The notes beneath the pieces are model-generated. The model was not told the origin of the DNA. It saw only the letters and a program-made list of their open reading frames with translations, and did no database searches. This document shows positions 28,251 through 37,370 of a stretch of 64,000 nucleotides of DNA, one piece after another. Each line of letters starts with the position of its first letter. The first letter of the stretch is position 1. This DNA is from Candidatus Methanosuratincola verstraetei. Its GTDB lineage: Archaea; Thermoproteota; Methanomethylicia; Methanomethylicales; Methanomethylicaceae. A program made the translations under genes and the position numbers. The stretch spans positions 640,001 to 704,000 of the forward strand of contig CP186953.1 in NCBI GenBank assembly GCA_049570475.1. The letters run 5' to 3'.

Positions 28251-29753
28251 CTAGGCTGCCCTCGCGGCGAGCCCGAGCCTGCCCAGGTCGGCCATATCGA
28301 ACAGCCGCACGTCGCCAAGCCCCTCGGGTGTGCCATCCGCCGGGGCCGGGCGATCCCTGAAGCTCTTTGCGAAGAGGCAGTAGACCCGCTCGGGCGAGCC
28401 GGCTTTTTTCCCCGTTGCGCCCCCGGTGCCTGCCCTTGCCTCTGGCTTGCCCTCGACAGCCCCATCATATGAACCGGAGCCGGTTGCTCTGCGCGCCCCC
28501 AGGAAGCAGTCGGCTTTATCGCGGAGCGCCCTGGCGAGCCTCCACGGGTCCACCCCGTCTTCCCACTTGCACTCGCAGAAGAGGAGTTGCCCCGACTCCC
28601 CCTTCCCGACCACGTCTATCTCGACGCCCTTGTGCCACCACACGCCCACATCGGTGAGCCGGAATGGCAGCGGCACGACCCCCTTCCTGATCAGGTGGAG
28701 GATCACCCTGTGGAACATCTCGCCGTAGTGGTGGCTCAGGCGCGGCCCTATCTTTCCAATCACCTCGTCGGCTAGCCCCAGCTCCAGGTCGCTTATGTTC
28801 GGGTAGACGAACCTGAACCAGAAGCAGAAGAAGGGATCCTCTATCATGTAGCGGCCGCGCTTGCGCTGCCCCAGCGGTAGCACGTGACGGACGATCTTGG
28901 TGGACTCGAGGACGCTGAGGTACTTGGAGAGGTTCCCGCGGTCCAGCCCGGTGACGCAGCTGAGCTCCCCCAGCGAGACATAGCCGAGCGAGATGTGCTT
29001 CAGCACCTGGAGGTAGACCGCCGGCTCCCTGAACTCCTCCCTGAGCAGTATCAGCGGCTCCCCGTAGAGGGCCTCGCCCTTGGTGAGCACCTTCCTGCGG
29101 ATGTTCTCCTCCACGCTCGCGCTTGGGTCTGCCTGCGAGAGGTAGAAGGGCGTGCCCCCGAAGACTGCCCAGATCCTGATCGTATCCTCCGCTTTTGCCA
29201 ACGGGAACATCTTCGGCAAGTCCTCTGGCTGGAACGGCGTAACCTCCCATGCGCCAGTTCGCCTCCCGTAGAGGGGCGAACGCGCCCCAAGGACCTCCCT
29301 CTCCATCATCCCGACGCTCGAGCCGCAGAGTATGAGGAGGATGCCCGTCCTGCTGAGGTCCTCGTCCCAAGCCCGCTGGAGGTTCGAGGTGACGCCTGGG
29401 TCGAGCTCGATGAGGTAGGGGAACTCGTCGAGCGCCACGATGAGGCGCCGCCCGCCCGCCTCCTTCGCGAGGATGCCGAGGGCATCGCCGATGGACCTTG
29501 CCTCGACCGAGGCGAGGTATTCCTTCCCCAGCATTGCGGCCACCCTCCTCTTCAGCTCATTCACATTATCCCTCATGCTGTCCTTGGTGCACATGAGGTA
29601 GAGGCCCTGCTTGCCAGCGAGGAACTTCTTTATGAGGGCGGTCTTCCCGACGCGCCTCCTCCCATATATCACGAGGAGCTGCGGCCCCTGCTCGGAGTGC
29701 TTCCTCTCCAGGAAACCGAGCTCAGCCTCCCGATCCACAAAAAGTTGTTGCAT
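28251..29753 (-). CDS. Archaeal ATPase (ATPase_2 + DUF234, COG1672)
   Basis: FVDREAEL, IYGRRRVGKT, LDEFPYL, LCGSS, PLYGRRT, DPFFCFWFRFVYP and EIDVV...ECKW. Confidence 0.92.
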   Translation of the reverse strand: MQQLFVDREAELGFLERKHSEQGPQLLVIYGRRRVGKTALIKKFLAGKQGLYLMCTKDSMRDNVNELKRRVAAMLGKEYLASVEARSIGDALGILAKEAGGRRLIVALDEFPYLIELDPGVTSNLQRAWDEDLSRTGILLILCGSSVGMMEREVLGARSPLYGRRTGAWEVTPFQPEDLPKMFPLAKAEDTIRIWAVFGGTPFYLSQADPSASVEENIRRKVLTKGEALYGEPLILLREEFREPAVYLQVLKHISLGYVSLGELSCVTGLDRGNLSKYLSVLESTKIVRHVLPLGQRKRGRYMIEDPFFCFWFRFVYPNISDLELGLADEVIGKIGPRLSHHYGEMFHRVILHLIRKGVVPLPFRLTDVGVWWHKGVEIDVVGKGESGQLLFCECKWEDGVDPWRLARALRDKADCFLGARRATGSGSYDGAVEGKPEARAGTGGATGKKAGSPERVYCLFAKSFRDRPAPADGTPEGLGDVRLFDMADLGRLGLAARAA

Positions 29754-29790
29754 AAGTATTATACTTTGCCTACAAAAATAACTCTTTCTT

Positions 29791-30273
29791 TCACGGGGGC
29801 GACGTCACGTTGATCCAAAGGTGGTTCCACCTGCCCGTGTAGTAGGGGGAGCCGTCCGGCCCGACCGCCCAGAGCTCGAATATCAGCTTGGCGCCCTGCA
29901 TGGGGGTCCCGATGGCGACGTCTGCGGGCACAGTGGCGTTCCCGCCGTGCGCCAGGATCACCTCGTACGACGCGAGGACGGGCAGGTCAGCCGGCACGGT
30001 CTCGTTCACGACGGTGGAGTTGTCCCCAACTTTCTCGAGCACGCGGTAGTACATCGCCTTCCCCTCGTGGTTCTCGACGTAGAGGTAGAGCCTGAACGGC
30101 TCGCCTGCGAGGACCTCCTTCGGGTAGTCCCCGATCTTCATGTTCGGCCCAAGGGTTCCGAGGGCTGAGAAGGGCTCGACGACCCTCCCCGCCGTGATGG
30201 CTTGAGAGACCGCAAGCGCCCCCCCAAGGACCACGATCGCCAGTACGACCGCCCTGACCTCCTCGTCTATCAT
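29791..30273 (-). CDS. DUF1616 extracellular (C-terminal-type) module as a stand-alone gene
   Basis: One TM, then EPFSALGTLGPNMKIGDYP...VENHEG...KLIFELW...HLWINVT. Confidence 0.8.
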   Translation of the reverse strand: MIDEEVRAVVLAIVVLGGALAVSQAITAGRVVEPFSALGTLGPNMKIGDYPKEVLAGEPFRLYLYVENHEGKAMYYRVLEKVGDNSTVVNETVPADLPVLASYEVILAHGGNATVPADVAIGTPMQGAKLIFELWAVGPDGSPYYTGRWNHLWINVTSPP

Positions 30274-30319
30274 CTTATCCCACCTTTTGCCCGACCATTT
30301 AAGGCGCGCGGACTCTTCG

Positions 30320-30793
30320 TCAGCTCGCGGCGACCTCCCACCTGCGCTTGGCCTTGACCCAGGACCGCCAGATCAGCCTCGGGAGGTAGAGGTAGGACAG
30401 GGCGCCGACCGCTGCGAGCGAAGCCAGGAAGGAGTAGAGCCCGACGGAGGAGATGAGGCGGCTCTGATCCCCCTCAGCGAGGAGCCGCGGCACCGTGGCG
30501 TTCACTTCTGAGATGATCAGCCTCGCCTGATCAAGTGACTCGGGTTTTCCATCCTGAATGAGCGCGAGGGCATGGTTCAGCGACTGGAGGGGGGCTGAGA
30601 TGTCGGCGCCCCGGGACTCGGCAGACTGGAGCGCGAGGAAGGCCTCAGCCAGATCAGCCCTCAGCGCTTCTTGCTCCTCCCCCGAAGGAGAGCAGCGAAC
30701 GAGAGCCGCAGCCGTGCCAAGCATGAGCGGGGAGAGAGCCAGGAGGGACGCGATTGAGATCCCGGCGAGGAACGAGAGCCGATCCACGGTCAT
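30320..30793 (-). CDS. Hypothetical membrane protein
   Basis: Signal-like N-terminus, helical domain (AESRGADIS), C-terminal TM and basic tail. ATGA overlap with the upstream gene. Confidence 0.7.
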   Translation of the reverse strand: MTVDRLSFLAGISIASLLALSPLMLGTAAALVRCSPSGEEQEALRADLAEAFLALQSAESRGADISAPLQSLNHALALIQDGKPESLDQARLIISEVNATVPRLLAEGDQSRLISSVGLYSFLASLAAVGALSYLYLPRLIWRSWVKAKRRWEVAAS

Positions 30794-31164
30794 TTCCGCT
30801 GGACCATTATCCAGAACCTGTGGTTCACGAGGGCGTCGGTCCCGAGCCAGAAGAGGAACTGGTCCTCGCAGACCCACCTCTTCACATTCGGGAAGACCGC
30901 GGCCACCTTGCCGTTTATCCACTGGTGGGCGAGGTCGAGCCCCCTGCGCCATATCCTTTGCCCGATCGTGTCCCTTATCCGGTCGGCTATCCCTTCGATC
31001 ATGCCGATGAGCTTCGGGTTGGCAATGGGCCCGAGCCTCCTGCAGTACTCGAGCGCGCACCTGAAGAGCCCCTTCTTTAGGCTGCCTAGCCGCCGCAGCG
31101 CACCGTTCCTGGTGCCCCTCGTCCACAGGGAGAGCAAGTCGGAATAGCCGATAGTTTTGATCAT
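30790..31164 (-). CDS. Basic hypothetical protein, first gene of the operon
   Basis: Arg/Trp-rich 124 aa ORF following an AT-rich promoter region (31190-31280). Translationally coupled to the next gene. Confidence 0.65.
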   Translation of the reverse strand: MIKTIGYSDLLSLWTRGTRNGALRRLGSLKKGLFRCALEYCRRLGPIANPKLIGMIEGIADRIRDTIGQRIWRRGLDLAHQWINGKVAAVFPNVKRWVCEDQFLFWLGTDALVNHRFWIMVQRK

Positions 31165-31319
31165 AAGCTGCCTATATCCCCGATAGCAGCAATAGCTTTG
31201 AAACTGTTTATAAGTTTTCCTTTTCCACAATCGGATATAAACAATTTATAAAAAGCATTTTTTCAGAAAAAAAAGTTTTAACAGTAGAGGAATCCGACAA
31301 TGAATGCCGAAGACTTAGA

Positions 31320-33341
31320 TTAAACAGGCGTCTGGTCAGATCCCGGCAGCCACACGGTGAAGATCGACCCCTTGCCCACCTCGCTCTCGAACGAGATCTC
31401 GCCGCCGAGCTGATCTACGAACCTCTTCACCACGGAGAGGCCGAGCCCCATCCCCTTCGCCTTCCCTGTCACGAACGGCTTGAAGAGGCTCTCCCTGATC
31501 TCGGGCAGGATGCCAATCCCCGTGTCCGAGACGGCTATCGCGACGCCGCCCTGTGCAGGTCGGGCAGCAATCCGCATGCTCCCCCCGGACGGCATCGCCT
31601 GAACCGCGTTCGTAACGAGGTTGACAACCACGCGCCTCAGCATCGAAGGGTCAGATCGGATCTCTTCAGCGCCACGCTCGACGGAGATCGAGACCACCAC
31701 GCCCTCTGGGATCTTCGCATCCCTGGTTAGCGCCTCTAGGAAGGCTGGCAGGTAGATCCTCTCGGCCTTCGGCTCAAGTGGCCTGGAGAAGTCTGCGAGA
31801 TCCGAGACAATCTTGTTCATGTATTCAGCCTGGTTCACGAGGGTGTCGAGGTCCCTCTCGATCTTGGCGCGAACGGCCTGGTCGATCCCTGCGGATCGGA
31901 CATTCTCGCGCATTATGTGAGCCAGGTTCACGATCACCTGGAGCGGGTTGCGTAGGTCGCGCCCGACCATCAGCGCGGTCTCCCCGATCGCAGCCATCCT
32001 CTCGGCCTCCCGGAGCGATTTCGTCCGCTCGTAGACTATCTTCTCCAAGTTCGATGCATACTCCTTCAGGATCTCCTTCGCAAGCACCTCATCGGTCACG
32101 TCGAGGATGATCCCCTGGTAGTGCGTTACCCTGTTGGAGTCGTCGCGCCTCGCCCAGGTGTAGTCCCTCACCCACCTAATCCTGCCGTCCTTCGTGACTA
32201 TCCTGTACAGCTGCTCGAAGGCGTCCTCGCCGTTGAGCGAGTGCGCCGCGACCTCCGAGGAGATCCTCGAGATGTCTTCTGGGTGTATGATCTCCGCGAA
32301 CCTGATCCTCCCGGACGTGAAGTCCTCGGGGGAGTACCCGAAGATCGAGATGTTCTCCGTCACGTACTCGACGGGCCAGCCCTCCTCGTTCTTCCAGAGG
32401 AAGGTCACCGCCGGGCTCTTGTTTATTATGAACTCGAGCTCGGAGAGTTCGGAGATGGCATCGGCCAGCTGCTCCTCCAGGACCTTCAATTCAGTCACGT
32501 CAATGCCGATTGTGAGTACATGGTCTGATCCATGGAATTTGATCTTCCTGTGGAGGCTGAAGTACGCCTTGCCACTCCTGCAAAGCCACTCTTTCATCGC
32601 AACCTCCCCATTGGCAAGGGCATTGGAGCTCGGGCAGGAGGGGCAAGGATCCGCGCCCCCCTTCAGGGCTTGGAAGCACTTCCTGTTATCCGGGTCGCCG
32701 AAAGCCTCCCGGAAGCGCTTGTTGCAGTAGACGATGTTGAAATCCTGATCCTTTATGTAAACGTAAGCCGGGATCGTGTCGAGGATCGTCTGCTCGAGCT
32801 GGGCGGTCCTGTTCAACGAGATCAAGAGCGAGGCGTAATCCGAGACTGACCTGACGTACTCGGCTAAGAATTGGTGGTCGCAGGCTGACGAAAGCACGAG
32901 TACGGCCGCAGGCCTTCCTGAAGGGCGTATGCCGCACAGCACGAAGACCCTCTTTGCCTCAGGTTTGTCGGTGCGGCTGGCGGTAGCCTTCACCGGCCCG
33001 CCGTCTTCCAAGGCTCTCCGGATCAGTTCTGCTGCGGATCGCTCGTCGAAGTAATCGAGCAAGTCGAATGGCTTGGAAGACGCGAGAGGCTTCGGCGGAC
33101 CGCACCCGGGCGGGAAAACAGACAGGATAACCTCGTCCAACCCCGAGAATATCCTGCAGATCTCCTCGTAGAACTGATCCTCCCCCTTCAAATCACCGGT
33201 TAGGATTTCTAGCAGCCGCCCCCTGAGGGCCAAGAGGGGCCCAAAGTCCAGGCTTTTTACTCCTGCCACAAGAACACCAACCAAGGCAGGGCGGGATCGC
33301 ACTGGATTGTCAACGGGCGATCTTGAGACGCTGGGACGCAA
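31320..33341 (-). CDS. PAS/PAC sensor histidine kinase-like protein with an H-box His-to-Arg substitution
   Basis: Two PAS domains, MVGRDLRNPL H-box, NLVTNAVQAM, DTGIGI, FKPFVT and GMGLGL. Start uncertain. Confidence 0.9.
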   Translation of the reverse strand: MRPSVSRSPVDNPVRSRPALVGVLVAGVKSLDFGPLLALRGRLLEILTGDLKGEDQFYEEICRIFSGLDEVILSVFPPGCGPPKPLASSKPFDLLDYFDERSAAELIRRALEDGGPVKATASRTDKPEAKRVFVLCGIRPSGRPAAVLVLSSACDHQFLAEYVRSVSDYASLLISLNRTAQLEQTILDTIPAYVYIKDQDFNIVYCNKRFREAFGDPDNRKCFQALKGGADPCPSCPSSNALANGEVAMKEWLCRSGKAYFSLHRKIKFHGSDHVLTIGIDVTELKVLEEQLADAISELSELEFIINKSPAVTFLWKNEEGWPVEYVTENISIFGYSPEDFTSGRIRFAEIIHPEDISRISSEVAAHSLNGEDAFEQLYRIVTKDGRIRWVRDYTWARRDDSNRVTHYQGIILDVTDEVLAKEILKEYASNLEKIVYERTKSLREAERMAAIGETALMVGRDLRNPLQVIVNLAHIMRENVRSAGIDQAVRAKIERDLDTLVNQAEYMNKIVSDLADFSRPLEPKAERIYLPAFLEALTRDAKIPEGVVVSISVERGAEEIRSDPSMLRRVVVNLVTNAVQAMPSGGSMRIAARPAQGGVAIAVSDTGIGILPEIRESLFKPFVTGKAKGMGLGLSVVKRFVDQLGGEISFESEVGKGSIFTVWLPGSDQTPV

Positions 33342-33472
33342 GGGGATTCACAAACACATCCCAATCGACCAGCCAACACCCGGTACATAATAAACATCTC
33401 TTTCGAGGGATAAAAAAAGTTTCCCTCTACACCCTTCCGGCATTCGCCTGGAAGGCGGGCTCACAATGGCGG

Positions 33473-33946
33473 TTACAGGTATTTCTCTTCTTCAAGGCGC
33501 CTTATCTTTTTTTCGAAGTCCCTCTCGATGAAGAGCATTATCTTTTTTTGGATCAGCTGGATCTCCTGCTTCTGCTTCTCGATCTGATCGGCGATCGCGC
33601 TAATCAGATCATCCGGCTGGACGGGCTTGAGCAGGTATGCGTCCGCGCCTAGGTTGAGCGCCTGCACCGCGTTCTCGAGGGAGGCGTGGCCAGTCAGGAC
33701 GATCTTCCTCACCCGGGGGATCCTGCTCGTCTCCAGTTCGCGCAGTAGCTCGGTGCCGGGCTTGTCCGGGAGGACCATGTCGATAACGACGACATCGTAG
33801 TACCGCTCTTTGAATTTTTTCAAAGCGTCACTAGCGGTCTGGCTCGTGTCCACGCAATAGCCCCTTCCCTCAAGGATCTCTTTCATAGTTTCCAGCAGGC
33901 TAGCATCGTCGTCCACCAAAAGCACGTAGTATTCGGGAGCGCCCAA
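33473..33946 (-). CDS. Response-regulator receiver protein
   Basis: LLVDDD, VIDMVLPD, LTGHAS and YLLKPV, with a short C-terminal helix. TTG start after a G-rich Shine-Dalgarno (the ORF extends to 34066). Confidence 0.9.
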   Translation of the reverse strand: MGAPEYYVLLVDDDASLLETMKEILEGRGYCVDTSQTASDALKKFKERYYDVVVIDMVLPDKPGTELLRELETSRIPRVRKIVLTGHASLENAVQALNLGADAYLLKPVQPDDLISAIADQIEKQKQEIQLIQKKIMLFIERDFEKKIRRLEEEKYL

Positions 33947-34319
33947 GAATGTCCCCCCCAACGCTGTTGTAAAACGGGAAGGCTCCTTATTAAAGCTTAA
34001 TTTGGAAACACAGAAATCTTGAGATTCTCTGACCCCTGATGCGGCAGGTTTGATGCCATTGGTCAACAGATCTTGCCCAACATGCTTAAAACCGATTCCT
34101 GAGTAGTCTTTACCATTGGAGGACTATATCATGGGTGAGTGTCTTTACAAAGGTGAGCGCCTTTTCAGGCGCGATTGATAGTGGACTGTCCTCCGCTGCT
34201 TGGCGCTGTTTCTCCGTTCAGTGTTTTTCCATGGGGCCTAGCGGCGGCTGTCCAAATACAATGAAGGGACCGCGTTTAGGAAGTCGGAGCGCGAGTGTGA
34301 GCGGAAAGGGGGTAGGGGC

Positions 34320-34502
34320 ATGAGGCTCAATGCAAGGGTTTTGGCTGGAGTCGCTGTACTGGCGATCTGCTTCGCCGCAGTCCCCCTGCTCGCAGCCACA
34401 ATCGGGGGCTGGTATGCGTACTGGGGGGCTGTCCTTTTGAGCGGGGCCTGGGCGGCTGTGCTCCTTTGGCTCAGGACGGCTGAGTTCTGGGAGGGGGACT
34501 GA
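34320..34502 (+). CDS. Small 2-TM accessory protein of the sodium:solute symporter
   Basis: 60 aa hydrophobic ORF ending 4 bp before the SSS gene, the usual arrangement for such pairs. Confidence 0.7.
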   Translation: MRLNARVLAGVAVLAICFAAVPLLAATIGGWYAYWGAVLLSGAWAAVLLWLRTAEFWEGD

Positions 34503-34506
34503 CCAC

Positions 34507-36069
34507 ATGTCCGGGTCAATCCCGATACCGACCCCCACCCCGGAGTCGGCGCTCGCGGTCTCTGCGGCGGTCGGGCTGATGCTGGCCGTGAGCGCAGGGA
34601 TCGGGGTCTACTTCTACAGGAGGTGCAAGAGCTTCGACGACTGGGCAGTGGGGCATGGGGACGTCGGCCCGCTGGTGACCGGGCTGGCGCTCACGGCGAC
34701 CTGGCTCAGCGGATGGGCGATCTTCGGGAACGCGGGCCTCGGCTACACCTACGGCTGGTCCGGGTCTTGGCTGATCGGCGCGATGAACCTCATGGGGCTC
34801 TCGCTCTGCGTAGTCCTAGGGTACAGGATGCGCAGGTACGCGGCGCTGGGCGCGAGGACAGTCCCCGAGGTGGCGAAGCTCAGGTTCGACAGCAGGCTGG
34901 TCCAGGGGCTAGCCGGCTTGGCGATGGTCATCCTGCTGATAGTGTACAGCGTGGGGCAGTACAAGGCGATGGCATCCGTCTGGAAGCTCACCACGGGGAC
35001 GGACTGGCTCGCGAGCCTACTGATCACGGCGATCCTCTGCGCCGCGTACATAATGATCGGGGGTTACGCCGGCACGCAGTTCTCACTTGCGCTGCAGGGC
35101 GGGATATTCATGGTGATCGGCTGGGCTTTCGGGATAGCCTCGATATTCTGGGCAGGCGGGCCGGCGAAGGTCGCTGAGGCGATATCCGCCGCGAACTTCG
35201 TCAAGCCAGGTGGCACGGAGACCTCGGTCTCGATAGGCGGCTACACCGCGCCGATCGCCCCGTCCTTCCCCGGTTACGACTGGCTCGGGGTTACGGCTGC
35301 GATGGTCATGTTCCTGCTCATGGCGACGGGGTTCCCGCAGAACATCGCGAGGTTCCTCGGTACGAGGAAGGTGACCAAGAAGGAGTACGGCGTAATAATG
35401 CTGGTCGTCGCGCTCAACTGCGTCACCCCGCTGATGGTCGGCGCAATGGGCTACGCCGCGAGGGCTGTCTGGGGCGCCGACCTGATGGGGTCCGGGCCGA
35501 TATACGGCGACGCAGCGGCTTCGCTCGTAAGCATGGCGATCGGCGGCTCGGCTGGGGCTGCCGTCTTCTCGATGGCGGTCTTCGCAGCCGCGGTCTCGAC
35601 GCTCGCTGGGATGGTCATGATAATGGCAACGAACGTGAGCAGGGACCTGATCCAGAACGGGTCGCCGAAGGTGAGCCCGAGGGTCCAGCTAATGCTCTCG
35701 AGGCTGCTGGTCATCCCGTTCGTGCTGATACCGCTCTGGTGGACGTACACCTCGCCCCCGCCGGTGCTGTCAGAGTTCATGTCCGGATCAGCCGTGGCGC
35801 AGGCAGGGATATTCTTCTTCGTGATAGGTGTCTCGATGTACTGGAGGAGGGCGACGAAGTGGGGGGCAATCGCCACGATAGCCTACGGGATGGCTGTTGC
35901 GCTGCTCCACCCGAACGTCTACGGCAAGCTCCTGCCGCCCTTCAACCACTGGGGCGTGTGGGCGCTGACGCTGATGCTCGGCTGCGCCGTCGTCTACGTC
36001 GCGGTGAGCCTGGTGACGAAGCCGGTGCCGGAGGAGAGACTCTCGAGGCTATTTCCGAAGAAGGTCTGA
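34507..36069 (+). CDS. Sodium:solute symporter family transporter
   Basis: ATWLSGWAIFGNAGLGY, TVPEVAKLRFDS, GFPQNIARFL, AAAVSTLAG and YWRRATKWGA. Confidence 0.92.
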   Translation: MSGSIPIPTPTPESALAVSAAVGLMLAVSAGIGVYFYRRCKSFDDWAVGHGDVGPLVTGLALTATWLSGWAIFGNAGLGYTYGWSGSWLIGAMNLMGLSLCVVLGYRMRRYAALGARTVPEVAKLRFDSRLVQGLAGLAMVILLIVYSVGQYKAMASVWKLTTGTDWLASLLITAILCAAYIMIGGYAGTQFSLALQGGIFMVIGWAFGIASIFWAGGPAKVAEAISAANFVKPGGTETSVSIGGYTAPIAPSFPGYDWLGVTAAMVMFLLMATGFPQNIARFLGTRKVTKKEYGVIMLVVALNCVTPLMVGAMGYAARAVWGADLMGSGPIYGDAAASLVSMAIGGSAGAAVFSMAVFAAAVSTLAGMVMIMATNVSRDLIQNGSPKVSPRVQLMLSRLLVIPFVLIPLWWTYTSPPPVLSEFMSGSAVAQAGIFFFVIGVSMYWRRATKWGAIATIAYGMAVALLHPNVYGKLLPPFNHWGVWALTLMLGCAVVYVAVSLVTKPVPEERLSRLFPKKV

Positions 36070-36087
36070 ACCGAAGTGGGCGACCAA

Positions 36088-36125
36088 TTTCCCTTCCTTC
36101 TTTCTTTCTCTTTCTTTCTATTTCC
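36088..36125 (+). terminator. Pyrimidine/oligo-T tract, probable terminator
   Basis: Long T/C-only run immediately after the SSS stop codon, between convergent genes. Confidence 0.4.
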
Positions 36126-36347
36126 TCATCATACTTCGGAGATTCGCATTCGGCTTCCTGCCAAGCCAGTTCACAGACCTAGCGAGGGAGGCAAGAGGCG
36201 GATGGAGGGAGGCCAAAAGTACGTTATGCCTTGCGCATGCCCCATCCTTTAATAGGGTTGCCGGAGCTGCTTCGGAATCCGCCCTGCGATCAACATCCCC
36301 ATGATTTATTTTAGAAAATAAAAAGTTTGGTTTCAGAAACTAAAATG

Positions 36348-37370
36348 CTACTTCTTTGCATTCAAGATCCTCGAGTCCAGGTCTGCTATGATGGACTCAA
36401 GCACCCTTATGGCGTGCTTCTTCGATTTTGCAGCCCTCACGAGATTGCCCAGAAGCTCCTCGGTCTCGGATGCCCTCTTGAGGTACTCTTTCTTGCTTAT
36501 ACGCCTCCGCTCCAGCATTTGCCTGATCCCGGTCAGCTTGATCAGGGGCTCCTGCCTGTCCAAGGTCAAGACTGCAAGCTCCTTTCCGAGATCGTCGTAC
36601 CTCTTCGAAATCTTGGTCCGTATCCCCTTGAGTTCATTTGCCAGCCCGGGGGGAGGCGCCGCGCCTGCGCCGCCCTCGCCCTTGGCTGATCCAGAGACTG
36701 CAGAGTCGTACTCCTTTATCTTTGAGGATGCCATCGAAACGAGCTCTTCGGTAGCAGGATCCAGGGGCGGCGGGTCAGGAGGGTAGAACAGGTACCTGTG
36801 GAGGTCCCCCGGTCTCCTCACTTGCCTCAGGGAGCCGCCGGTCTTGCGCGCGAGCTCTTCGAGCATGTCCAGCCTCTCGCTGATCCCGAGGTAGATCACG
36901 TTTATCGTGGCGTGCTGCATCAGCGCGTCGTAGAGGTGGATGCGCGGATCCTCCCCCAGGCTGTAGTCGGCATCGGTGATGAGCAGTATCTCGCGCTCGC
37001 CGTGCTCGGAGGTTGTGAGGGAAAGGGCCTCTTTGATCCCTGCGCTAATTGGCGTCCCGCCCTCCGCGTTTATCGTCGAGATGTCGCTGATCAGGTGCGC
37101 GTAGTTCTCGTCGATCGTCCGCGCGTACTGGAACGGGAGGACGGTCTTAACCAGCGGCTTCCCCTTCCTGTTCTTGAAGACTATCAGAGCAACCCGGTCG
37201 TCCATCGCGAAGTGCGAGCTTTCACCCAGCAGCTGCTTGAGCTCTGTCTTCACCAGCTCTATCTTGGGGGCTTCAAGATCGGCAACACCAGCGGTCCCCC
37301 CCATGCTCCCGGAGGCGTCTACAAGGTAGGCCCGGCTGAATCCCAAATGTCCCAACTCCCAAAAGTGCAT
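36348..37370 (-). CDS. VWA-domain protein with C-terminal coiled coil
   Basis: LVDASGSM (MIDAS DxSxS), GGTPI, LLITD and LARKTGG. Helical C-terminal third. Confidence 0.85.
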   Translation of the reverse strand: MHFWELGHLGFSRAYLVDASGSMGGTAGVADLEAPKIELVKTELKQLLGESSHFAMDDRVALIVFKNRKGKPLVKTVLPFQYARTIDENYAHLISDISTINAEGGTPISAGIKEALSLTTSEHGEREILLITDADYSLGEDPRIHLYDALMQHATINVIYLGISERLDMLEELARKTGGSLRQVRRPGDLHRYLFYPPDPPPLDPATEELVSMASSKIKEYDSAVSGSAKGEGGAGAAPPPGLANELKGIRTKISKRYDDLGKELAVLTLDRQEPLIKLTGIRQMLERRRISKKEYLKRASETEELLGNLVRAAKSKKHAIRVLESIIADLDSRILNAKK

